NCBI GenBank assembly: GCA_964016885.1
Contig: OZ024742.1
Coordinates: 269,514,001-269,578,000 of the forward strand
Reading direction: 5' to 3'
DNA: 64,000 nt
DNA from: Eledone cirrhosa
Lineage: Eukaryota
The notes below the pieces were generated by a model. That model was not told the origin of the DNA. It saw only the letters and a program-made list of their open reading frames with translations, and searched no databases. Of the stretch, positions 51,671 to 64,000 are shown piece after piece. Position 1 is the stretch's first letter, and each line of letters opens with the position of its first letter. Made by a program: the position numbers and the translations under genes.

Positions 51671-51766
51671 ATCTACCTGCAGTTGCGACCGATAGATAAT
51701 ATTAGCAACTGGAAGGACCGATGGAAACAATGTTTCCTCCGTCCGATTTGACGAAAGTCGATCGTT

Positions 51767-51842
<76 letters not shown>

Positions 51843-51845
<3 letters not shown>

Positions 51846-52100
51846 GTAATTCAGTCGGAAAGGTGCAGGAAAAAAGATTGTTCTATGTAGGTTACAGAGC
51901 TTAATAGTTATGTAATAAACAATATAAAGTAATTATTTCATTTACCAGTGGTTTCTTGAAAGCAAACACATTTTGCTTTCAATCATCAGAATGAACAAAA
52001 TCCTCGTGTATTTATTTACGTTGGATTTTAAAAACAAAAATATAATCTATATGAAAATTAGGCTGGAAAAGGAAGAAGGAAAGGAAAAATAAATACACAT
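51843..52100 (-). mobile_element. ORF-less HHR-bearing repeat (retrozyme-like or solo pLTR), copy 1
   Basis: Homologous to 61479-61780 and 62285-62515. 3' end abuts (TA)n. Confidence 0.75.
51937..51995 (-). ncRNA. Intact type I hammerhead ribozyme motif
   Basis: ttcatt-CTGATGA-ttgaaagcaaa-atgtg-tttgctttcaa-GAAA-cc-act-gg-TA-aatgaa. 6-bp stem I, 11-bp stem II, GUA triplet. Confidence 0.85.
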
Positions 52101-52103
52101 GCA

Positions 52104-52147
<44 letters not shown>

Positions 52148-52184
52148 TACACACACATATATATATACACATATACATATACAT

Positions 52185-52222
<38 letters not shown>

Positions 52223-52231
<9 letters not shown>

Positions 52232-52881
52232 GAAACACACAGATACATGCGGACACACACATATATACATGAATGCATCCGCACCCAACTGCGAGTTAAG
52301 GGTGCCAACTTCACCGATGTTGCTCAATGAATGACTGGGACAGACCAATTCAGTTTGAACCAGACTGAACCAGTATCAGAGTTAAAAATACATTATGAAG
52401 AGAGAAGAAACATTTAGATATAATTAGTAATAAAATGTATCATACCTAAACTGTTCCTAAATTCCTCGACTACGTAGTTTCGTGGCATAAACAAAAACAA
52501 TATATCAAAGATATAGAGTCCTTGCGAGGTCTGCCGACTTATCAAGAGGATACCTCATTTTACTAGTCTCAAGAACGCGTCTACACGACGTGAGAAAGAA
52601 TCCCAAAAGGCGGAGGGGGAGACAGTCACGCGATATAACGGTCGAGAAACAGAGCTAAGCCTCTTATAACCACGAAGAAAATACCACAGAGGCGGAGGGG
52701 GCATTCATATCGAGGCCGTAGAAGAGGTAGTGAAGAAGGCGAGAAGTATGAGTAATGGAAGCTTTCCAGTTGTCCCCACACTTCAAAGATTGCTCGACCA
52801 GAGGGAGTTATTAATATATTTAGAAACACACAGATACATGCGGACACACACATATATACATGAATGCATCCGCACCCAACT
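52223..52881. repeat. Identical 68-bp direct repeats (52223-52290, 52814-52881) flanking a ~520-bp insert
   Basis: atatatttagaaacacacagatacatgcgg...gcatccgcacccaact occurs twice. Confidence 0.85.
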
Positions 52882-53171
52882 ATGAATTAGAACCCTGTAA
52901 CCATTAATCTCTAAGTATAAAGTACAAATAAATACTGAGCCGATTAACAATATATAGTAAGAAACACAGTAAACCGTATGTCTAAAATTACCAGGGTTGA
53001 AAAACCACATATGCTTGAAATATTTAACCAAGAAACAGACAGAATGACAAAATGAAAATAAAAATATATATATATATATATACATACACGTATACATACA
53101 CGTACAAATACACATACATATACAAATACATACGTACACACATATATCCACATATCCATACATACACACAC

Positions 53172-53238
<67 letters not shown>

Positions 53239-53879
53239 TATATACATCTATATATACATATACACACATAATCATACATATATACATACGGACATACACA
53301 CACATACATACACACATATATACACGCATACATACGCACACACAAATATAGATATATGTACACACACCTTCATACACACACAGACAATTAATTATGAGAA
53401 AAATATAATAATAAAAATAAAAATAAATAAAATAGACGACCATATCGGCCGTCACATAAGAATAAAAATAAATGTAAACATAATTATAAAGTTGACAGCG
53501 ATACAGGAAACAAATAAGTGAACAAACACACGTGGTAAGCAATACACACAATTACACATACACATACACATACATACACACACACACACAACTACACATA
53601 GACATACACATACATATACATACAGGCATACATACACATACATACATACATATATATATATTCATTAGTTAAGCAAAACAAGATCACAAATTTCACAAGG
53701 AAGACTTTATTAAAAGATTGTGAACACATATATATACGTACATATACACACACATACATATAAATTGTTAACACATATATATATATATACATACACACAC
53801 ACACATACATATAAATACATACACACACATGTATGTGTGTAAAATTCATCCTTAGATGTATTCATTGAAACTTGTTTAA

Positions 53880-53929
<50 letters not shown>

Positions 53930-54367
53930 CATACATATATATATATATATATATAAAAATAAAAAGTGAAGGGGTAAACAAATAGTTGGGAATACGATAA
54001 ATAATAAATAAATAAATATATAAGGGTATAAATGTTTATAGCTGATTTAGAGCACTCAACAAGTTCCTGGAGCAAATAATCAATGAAAATAAGCACTAAA
54101 TCAATCTCTATGTAATAATGCATATACATACATATATATACGCACTCACGCGCACACACACAACCATACAAATACACACATATATACATACATATATATA
54201 TATATAGGAAAAAGTATGACCCCGACGGCAGAGCTCAAGCCGTTTCTGAGGCTATTATATATAAGCACACATAAATATATATATAAAAATACACATATAC
54301 ACACACACACACATCTACCAAAAGTTACGTCACCACCTTAATAAAAATACACACACACACATATATG

Positions 54368-54411
<44 letters not shown>

Positions 54412-54451
54412 CATATACTCTTTTCCCCACTTACCTGTTCAAACCGTCCGG

Positions 54452-54531
<80 letters not shown>

Positions 54532-55909
54532 CTCTTTTCCCCTCTCACCTGTTCAAACCATCCGGTTTATATATATATATATATACATTGGCAAAAGGCA
54601 AAGAGTAATAGCAAATCATTAACGGCACAATGAAAAGTATATTAGTTTTACGGTTGATAGAGTAGGAAATGTGACAACATTTCGGACGCTAGCTCTCTAG
54701 CAGAAAATTAAATAAGAAATAGAAAGATAAAGGAGAATGTAGCAGTGGCAGAACAAGAAAGAAAAAAATGTCAGAGAATGAACTGGCCTATCCAAGTCGC
54801 TCTCGTCTTGTTTTAAAAGGCAGTGGTCGCTGGCTTCTGGCCGAAAAGGTAAGAATCCTTTAGTATAAAGTAGTTGTACGTGTGCGTGTGTATGTTTGAT
54901 GTTTGCCTGTACGAAGCTATGAGGACATGTGTGAGTATAAACAAGTTTAAGTGTGTGTGCGTGGGTGTGTGCGCGCGCGTGCGTGTGCGCGTGCGTGTGA
55001 GTATTTTGTAGTAAGATTATGTAGTTGTAGGAAGTTTAAGCATTTGTTTGTGTGTTTAGTTCTCGTCTCGTACAGAGCCGTGGGGGTAAGTATATGGGTG
55101 TAAGCGTGTTTATTGTTGGTCTCTACATATAAGTAAGAAAAAAAGTATTTGTGCAATATTAAAGAAATTGGGGAGGGTATTTGAGACCATTAGGGAAATT
55201 GGACCCAAGGCGGAGACAAAGACTCTGCTGAGCCCACATGGGTGAGGCCAGTGATCAGTGCTGTAAAGGGAGAGTACAGCACTGAGGCATGAAGGGAAGA
55301 GTGACTTGGGGAACGGAGGTGCTCAAAAGCGAATGACATTTATAGAAATATATCAAACATTAAAACAGGAGATAATGTGTAGAAAACATAGGAACATATA
55401 ATTACAAAAAGCAGTACATCACACTCAACATATCGGAAATATCCCTGTTTTTATACCTTACAGAAACCCTCCGATGAAGAGTTGGTTCAGGTAATTGTAG
55501 CCATATCATTCTATTATACGCTCTCCTCAGACTCTCACACTTACATCCAAGCATACACAGACACACGATCACACATTCCCCCATACCCGGTCCGACTCCT
55601 TTTTTACTTCCCCCTCACTCTCCCCCTCCATCTCTGCCACACGTACCACGACACTCGTGCCTTCTCCAATCCCTACAACCCTCTCACATTTTTACAACTT
55701 TTATTTTAACATGTATTTTAACCTTCCTGTTTTCTCTTTATCTCTTTTTCCTTCTAACCCTCCCATCACTCCTTCTCGGAGTTCCTCCTCCCACTTTCAT
55801 GATGAAGAGCTTATGCCCGAAACGCCTCACCTACACACCTACTCTCACTAAGCGAAACACTAATAATATTTGGAACTTGTACTCCTGCGTTTTTGTTTTT
55901 TGTATTACG

Positions 55910-56012
<103 letters not shown>

Positions 56013-57358
56013 TATATATATGTATATATTTATATATATCCCCCACTAACACCACTAACACACCCTTCCTTTTCACCGCCCACCTCACACTAACAATACT
56101 AACACCTCCACTCCACCCCTCATCTGACCACCCTTCCCCAACTAACATACTAACATCCCTTCCCTCTCCTCTTCTCCTCCTCCCCCCTCCTTATCACACG
56201 AACACACGCACCCACTTACACCACCCACCCCACACGCAACTAACATCACTAACACTCCCAACCCTACGCACACGTACCCACACACCCTCGTACACCACCA
56301 ACTCTACACACCCTACCACCACTAACCCCCACTCACACCTGCATTCCACCCCTCCCCACCTCCCGTATACTAACACCCACTAACACCTCTTTACCAAACT
56401 ACACACACACCAGTACACCACACTCCCTCCATAGAACCACACACACCCTTCTCTCCCCGCTCCACACTCACTCATCCCACTAACACCCCTGCTAATACAC
56501 ACACACACACACACACACACCCTCACTCCAACTCTCACACCTACCCATCCTCGCCTCCCTACCATTCCACCGACTGCTGCTATGCCCTTCCGACAACCTC
56601 TCAGCACCAACTGACCACAGCACTCCCACTGCTGACCACTTCCTGTTGCGCGCGCACCGCACATCTCTCCTCTTCCGACCACCGCTTCTTGGATTACCCA
56701 CACGCGAAATTGACTTCTAACCAAATCTCCAAACATCCGTGGAACTTACCAACTTTTCAACCATCCTCTTACGCCATCACCTATATAACTCACCCACACA
56801 CACACCCCAAAACATTGTTTTATCCACACGCCACCCACACCCACAACACGCTTAAACCACACACACGTGCTTCCCACCACATATTTACACCCTCAGCCTC
56901 CTGATTCCTCTCCCCCCACCCCCTATCCACACACACACAGACACTCCGACCCCCCCCCCCCCACACACACACACCTTCCTGAACATGCAACCCCGTTCTT
57001 CCCCCAACCCTCACTTTCACATACACACACACACACACGCACACCTAACCACACACACCACCTTCAGCCCTCCCCGCTCGGACACCCCGTCTCCCTCTCC
57101 CCACTCCACCCGCCACCACCCCTACTCACCCCACAGCCTTCCACCACCTGTTTACCCCCCTTTTAATTTCAGTTTATTTTGATCATGCCTTTATTTTTAA
57201 ATTTTCTCATTCCTTGTATTTTGATCATGCTTTATTTTTATTTATTATATTTTTTGTCTTTATTTGTTAATTTTTCATTCGCACCGTTTCCTTTCGCTAT
57301 ATGTCTCTGCACCACTCCCCTACACACCTTTTGAACTCTGTTCCCACACATTTCTCAC

Positions 57359-57389
57359 CTGAAGAAGGGCTTATGCCCGAAACGTCGTC
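57359..57389 (+). ncRNA. Hammerhead-like core without a local stem I (relatives at 55799-55828 + and 43365-43395 -)
   Basis: CTGAAGA-a-gggc-ttat-gccc-GAAA-cgtc-GTC, with AATAAA ~35 nt downstream. Confidence 0.5.
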
Positions 57390-57476
57390 CCCCACCTACC
57401 CCCCACTCTCCTGAGCGTGAATTTAATAAACAATTATTGTACCGCCTCTCTGTTCTGTCCCTGTTCAATTTTTCAT

Positions 57477-57512
<36 letters not shown>

Positions 57513-58073
57513 TATATATATATGTATATATATATATATAAAACCATTCTGTTGAGAACTTAATTCATTTTGTGATATTTTGCAATTTTGCAATAATATA
57601 CACATACTGAATTCATCCGCCAAAAATAAGGGTTGCCTCCCTTGTCGAACTCCACGTGGGTATTGGTAACGGTCAATCCTTGGCCTGGCACTTGAACTAA
57701 AAGCCTGTTGAGAAAGTGACTTCCTTGTTCAATCATCTTACCAGAAGCCTAACATTATTTGTCTAAGCGGACAGTACTTGATTTAGGTGTCGCAGAAACC
57801 CAAATGCTGGATTTTTACCAACCAACCAGGGGTCTGGGTAAATTGTTCAATCATATTTTTTATTTGTTTGACCCGAATTACTTGGTCGTTTCTATGGCTG
57901 TGCGGATAATGGTTTAACCATCGTCTCAGTGTGTTTTGCCTTTTAACGTATGTTGTAGCTCTGGTTCGTTAGAATTATTAAGCGTTTGCCACACATCTCG
58001 GAAGTTGTTTTTCGCTAATTTCCAAAACCGAAATACGATCCTCGCTAATTTATATTTGTATATATATATATAT

Positions 58074-58794
58074 TTGGAAATTTAGTAAAATCAAATCTCT
58101 GGCGGTTTGCAAGTAAATTCGGCATACTTATATGAAATGATAAGTTAGCAAAGCACTCGATAAGTTAGGTCCTTAGAGTAATAACATACGTTTAAATAGC
58201 TTGACAAATCGAACATTGTGGCAGGCAAATCTAACACACAATAATATACCAAAGTAACGATAGAACTAACATGTTGAAAAAAATACACCTGGACAAAGCA
58301 AAGGATTAATCGTTTAAAGTGTTTCTTTGAATCCGAAATCAAATATCAGACTTACGTGACTGGCAAGCTCGTGGTATTCATGATCGAACGGACGATTCAG
58401 TTTTTCAACAGGCTTTTCGTTCTACCCAGAACTGGGGTGATAGGCTAAATGCTGCTGCTAAATGCAGCGTATCGTATCAATAACTGTCACGTGTTAATTC
58501 CAGCAAGGGAAATAACCCCCGGTTTTTGGCGGGTCATTCAAAATGTTAGACAAAGGAAATATTTTAATTTCCGCGAATCATCATGATAAGTTCTCAACTA
58601 GGTGTTATAAAACAAATACAAATAATTAACCAATCAACAGGATTGTCTAATTAAATTAATTAGTGAATTATTAAATCTAGGAGAATAATATAATTGGAAA
58701 TTTAGTAAAATCGAATCTCTGGCGGTTTGCAAGTAAACTCGGTCTACTTATATGAAATGATAAGTTAGCAAAGAACTTGATAAGTTAGGTCCTT
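58074..58794. repeat. ~100-bp direct repeats (58074-58174, 58695-58794) bounding an unclassified ~720-bp unit
   Basis: ttggaaatttagtaaaatc..gataagttaggtcctt occurs twice with a few substitutions. Confidence 0.8.
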
Positions 58795-59092
58795 CCGGGA
58801 GTTATCGTGTATCTGCATTCATGTGTTCACACGACTATCCATGCGTGTTCCCATATTTGCGTGCGTACTTACGCATAAACATGTGTGCATGCATGTGTGT
58901 GCCACCACGTATTATCAAGTATGTCTCTAAGCAGATTTAAAGGAAAATAACTCTGTGCCACCCTTGAACTCTCCAGACCTTAATTTTTAAAACAAGAGAG
59001 GCTGGAAAGAAATAGTAAAACTAGAGAATGATGTGAGGCTTTCTTTAGAATACTTTACTATTATCTACACTTCAATGATTTGTTTTAGACAT

Positions 59093-59142
<50 letters not shown>

Positions 59143-59189
59143 CTTCTCTCTCTCTATCTCTCACTCTCTCTCTCTTTCTCCATCTATCT

Positions 59190-59236
<47 letters not shown>

Positions 59237-59280
59237 CATACATGTATATATATATATATGTAAGTATGTATAGATATATT

Positions 59281-59311
<31 letters not shown>

Positions 59312-60573
59312 ATCAGATAATGTGTGGTAAAAACCAGGTAGACCATAACCAGCCAGAGTACACGATACTCTGGGTAGTCGTGTGGGTAATATGAAAATAT
59401 TCAGGACCACCATTTTTGTTTGTTTACATGTCTCTCTTTCTCCATCCCATTCTTTTTAGCTATTGTTCGCGCTGTCTTGAGGTATCTGGTATTTAATACG
59501 AAGAAATATCGATGATGGCCAGAAGATCACTGATGGCGGATAGTCCTGGTTTCTTGCTCTATTTTCTAATTCATATGTATCACATTCGCAACAACACACC
59601 ACGCCATTTTTCATTCATCATTATATATATATATATAAATATATATGGGGAGGGGAGGGTAAGTTAATGGCAAGTATGTTCGAATGTTTAAATATTCATT
59701 TATGTTGAGTTTAAAACACATTTCATAAATCAATACGTCTATGGTTATTTTAAGAACGTCCCCCTCCTATTAAAGTATTTAAGTATTGACATGTTGTTTG
59801 CGGTCATTTCAATTGGTCATCAGGTTTCTTAACTATACTGTATACATTCACAACATATTATAATTGTTATTCAACGGTTCAATCGAGTTCATTTTATTAG
59901 TTACTCTCACCTGAAATGTATTTATGTTTCGTTTGTGTTTTATATTTGTATAAGCTCGATTTTTCTTTCTGATATTTTTCTTAGTTTAACTCATATTTTA
60001 TCTTAAGTTCACGAGAATTGCTATGCAGACGTTTGATTTTATTGAATAGTAATTTTTAATTGTATTGCATATATTATGTTATAATGAGTTGCAACTGATC
60101 CTTCTTTAAGGTAAACGGAAAACAGAGAAAATAATGTAGTGTGTGCAAACATTTCGTTTTTGTTTCAATTTAAACGTTTTCTCTTTATATTATAATTTCT
60201 ATTTGACAATGAATATCGGCATTTTGAAATGTACCTTTATTCCTAATATTCTCTGTGAAACACTTCAAAAACTGTGAGGAAAACAAACTATAATTGTATT
60301 CCCGGCATGTGCAAAATAAAGACTTGGCATATTAATAGACTAATGGATTTAAAAACATTTTCACTCAAACGTCAACCCAATGTAACACATGGACAAACTA
60401 AGCACACAACACATAACACACAAATACAAGATGGTGTAGGACAGAACAAAGGATAGACACATAAAACAAAATCCTAGTCACCGAGGAGGTCACTGAATGT
60501 GTGACGAAACTGCTTTGAAATATAACCCTAACCCTATCGCTTTTAAATATAACCCTAACTGCTTTGAAATATA

Positions 60574-61180
60574 ACCCACCCCCCTATCGATAAAAATCGA
60601 TAGGGGGGTGGGTCAACTTTTTTTTAGGTATCGGAAAATAAGAATTTTGGTTCTAGCTTCCACATTTTGCAACCGATTCCGTTCACATTTTAAAGTAAAA
60701 TAGAATTTATCATTTCACATCCTGTAATGGCTTTATATTTTGTATTTGTTGTTCACAAACGGGGTGGCAGCCGCTTAAATATAAAAAAATACAACTTTTA
60801 GACTCACATTTCCACTTTTTCGGCTCTAGTTCCCACATTAATCAACCTACTTTGTTAAAATGTTACACTACGCTAGATCTGCTTATTTCACGTCTTAAAG
60901 TGGCTTAACGTTTTGGAATTTTTGTTCAGGAACGGAGTGGTAACCGCTTAAATATTCGAAAATACCACCTTTTCGCTCAAATTTCCGCCTTTTCGGCTCT
61001 CGCTCCCACATTTTTCAACTGATTTAGTTCAAATTCGAAACTTCGGCTCCCCCTCACACATATATCAATTTATTTGGTTCAACTTTTATACTACGATAGA
61101 ATCTATCATTGCACATATCAGAGATGGTCAAAGGCATAACGATGGCCACTGACGTCGTCTGAGCTTTTAGTTGTGTATTT
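60574..61180. mobile_element. Possible non-autonomous Helitron/Helentron-type element with ~173-bp internal tandem repeats
   Basis: Perfect 18-bp hairpin 60574-60613, then a T-run. Repeats of ttttcggctctagttcccacatt..caac near 60645, 60817 and 60990. Confidence 0.4.
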
Positions 61181-61433
61181 GATAATTTATCAGTTTCCAA
61201 TCAAGTAGCGTGAGTAAATTTGGCTTAGTGTTAGAGCTCATTACCTCCCACCCACAGCATGCGCCTTCGTCAGTCACCCGCGTTTCTCAGTGATAGAGGT
61301 CATCACGACCCTCCCCCGCATGGCCTGTGTGTGGCCATAGATGAGTCATCGAGAAGCAGTGGCTAAGATCAACACCTTTTCATCAAAGCAGATATTATTT
61401 TACCTACTCAGGCAACGCTGGGTTCTGCTGCTA

Positions 61434-61478
<45 letters not shown>

Positions 61479-61780
61479 AATGAAGTAATTCCGTCGGAAA
61501 AGTCCAGGAAAAAAGAGTGCTCTATGTAAGCAACAGAGCTTAATTATTATTATTTAATAAACAACATAAGGCAATTTTTCCATTTACCAGTGGTTTCTTA
61601 AAAGCAAAAGGTTTTGTTTTCAATCCTCAGAATCAAAAAATCCTGGTTTGTTTATTGAATTTGGATCTTAAAAAAACAAAAAAAGCAAGCTATATGAAAG
61701 TGAGGCTGGAGGAGGAAGAAGGAAAGGAAAAATAAAATAAGACTACACATACACCCACACATACACGAAAAAACATAAAG
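61479..61780 (-). mobile_element. ORF-less HHR-bearing repeat, copy 2 (HHR 61578-61637)
   Basis: Minus strand tgatt-CTGAGGA-ttgaaaacaaaa-cc-ttttgcttttaa-GAAA-ccactgg-TA-aatgg. 3' end abuts (TA)n. Confidence 0.75.
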
Positions 61781-62019
61781 GTGTCTTTAAGATCAGTATG
61801 GGGTCAGTCATGGTAGATAGTTTTGGAGGAAGTGGAGATTCCTTAGAAGCTAAATTCTTAAAGGTTCTAGTAAATTGACGAAGGTTTAGAGATTTCTGTA
61901 GACATTTTCTAAGTATAATCTAATTCACGAGACACTTGCACGCACACACATGTGTATGGGGGAAATATATATATATATATTTATATTTGTATACGCGTGC
62001 GTGCGTGCGCGCATACACA

Positions 62020-62121
<102 letters not shown>

Positions 62122-62237
62122 CATATACAGATTCTCATCTATATTAAAACTTTCATGCTCTGCGGTGTACTGAGTGCCTTGCTTACTGTGGCTGCCTCCG
62201 ATTCAACCCGGAATAACGTGTGTGTGTATGCGTGTGT

Positions 62238-62284
<47 letters not shown>

Positions 62285-62286
<2 letters not shown>

Positions 62287-62512
62287 TTTATGTTTTTTCG
62301 TGTATGTGTGGGTGTATGTGTAGTCTTATTTTATTTTTCCTTTCCTTCTTCCTCCTCCAGCATCACTTTCATATAGCTTGCTTTTTTTGTTTTTTTAAGA
62401 TCCAAATTCAATAAACAAACCAGGATTTTTTCATTCTGAGGATTGAAAGCAAAACCTTTTGCTTTTAAGAAACCACTGGTAAATGGAATAATTGCCTTAT
62501 GTTGTTTATTAC

Positions 62513-62515
<3 letters not shown>
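62285..62515 (+). mobile_element. ORF-less HHR-bearing repeat, copy 3 (inverted partner of copy 2)
   Basis: Near-identical reverse complement of 61555-61780, followed by (TA)n. Confidence 0.75.
62429..62488 (+). ncRNA. Intact type I hammerhead ribozyme motif
   Basis: tttcatt-CTGAGGA-ttgaaagcaaaa-cc-ttttgcttttaa-GAAA-cc-act-gg-TA-aatggaa. Predicted cleavage after 62481. Confidence 0.82.
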
Positions 62516-62581
<66 letters not shown>

Positions 62582-62588
62582 GCATACA

Positions 62589-62622
<34 letters not shown>

Positions 62623-63696
62623 TAATTAGCTATATCAACACACTTTTATATAAGCTGGTCGGGACATATCAATAAGCAGCCATGATATTTGAGAGCTAAT
62701 TACTTCATGAATATCACATTTAACATTGCACTGTCCAATCTGTTTCTCCATTAAGTTGACCGGACAGTTTTTTCTGAACTATGTCTGAAATAATGTATTT
62801 CTTCTTTGTTTATACTGCTATGTAACTGTTATATGATTAATCATTTTTTCTTTCAGAAGTTAAGGTAACACTGAATAATTAACACTTGATTATTAAAAAC
62901 CAACAAAGCTTTATCTAATTTTGCTAAACGTATGAGGTGTAAATGAAATGACATGTATACACGATTTTTTGATAATTTCTATTATAATAGTTTCACGATG
63001 TGCTGTATCTGAGGCAAATACCAAGAAACGTATTTTTTGTGATCACACTAATAGTGATATCATTTGCGACACTGGATAAAGTATGTGTCTTGGTAGAGAT
63101 AGAACCTTAATATATAAAACGAAAACCTGAATATATGGTTAGAGGCATTGGTTCATTGAACGATACCGGTATTAATATTACTGCTTAATAAAAGACTAAA
63201 CATTTCAGATATATTATATAGAATTTATAATCTATATAGCGTTGTTATATTCTACATTGCAGCGATTCGCTGTTCATACGCAATGATGTCGAAGTTACAC
63301 GTTTGATTTTCTATGTACAAGAAATGATTGAAACTGTTGAAATTGTATACATCATTATATTCAAGAAAAAGGGTAGATATATCTATGTTCTTTAATTTTA
63401 CATTTATCCATATAACTTTCCCCTGTTTATATGAGTGTGTGTGCATGTAAGCAAACATGTAAACGTTCAGAAACCGAATGAAACTAGACAGTGATGTTTA
63501 ATTTATTTGTATCATGTTACTCTTGGGAATTACTGGTTACGTATAACCCAGTACAACATGCGTCGTAGGTGTCTAAACAGGCAACCATGACAAGCTTGCT
63601 TCGTGACGAGCTCGAATTTTGGACACCCAACGAGATGAAAAACTATAGCAGTCAAAGGGCGTATGAACGCAGAAGAGACACCAGCTATCCAATAGT

Positions 63697-63740
<44 letters not shown>

Positions 63741-64000
63741 GTGTATAAAGACATCTATGTAGATATATGCGTTTATTATCACCAACATTTCGTTCCAGGA
63801 GTGTCGATTATAATACACATACTTGACCTTGCCAGGCAGCATCAATACAGTTGTCTTGTTCCCCGCCAGCTCTGGAATCAACCCCAACGAACATGGTAGT
63901 TACAGAGTGGTAAGTGCATGAGTGAACGGAGCTCAAAAATAACCAGGAGTGTGATGGAGAGAAGACTAATTGTTTAGTCCAAATTTTGCCGGGGTTTTTT

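Noticed and set aside
60520-60575. Telomeric TAACCC repeats
   Set aside because: Only two adjacent units, embedded in a short local duplication.
63795-63915. Plus-strand exon ending at gtaagt
   Set aside because: There are stops in all three frames between the candidate acceptor and donor.

Overview
Eukaryotic, AT- and microsatellite-rich DNA made almost entirely of mobile elements; the SINE and microsatellite character suggests a cephalopod such as octopus (inference). No intact host gene was found. 0.7-25.4 kb: a head-to-tail array of five R4/Dong-like non-LTR retrotransposons (RT plus restriction-like endonuclease), each bounded by (AAT)n. One copy has an intact 1130-aa ORF, and a full-length Tx1/L1-like element sits antisense in one (AAT)n spacer. 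26-64 kb: many decayed Penelope-like elements (PLEs), an RTE LINE with three decayed C-terminal C2H2 fingers, tRNA-derived SINEs, a mariner fragment and a possible Helentron-type element. The most notable signal is a set of about six hammerhead-ribozyme (HHR) motif families and fold-back mini-elements anchored in (TA)n. One ~130-bp element folds back 2-3 nt from the predicted HHR cleavage site of its parent PLE, and one ORF-less HHR repeat occurs three times. All calls come from reading the sequence by eye; boundaries of decayed elements are approximate.
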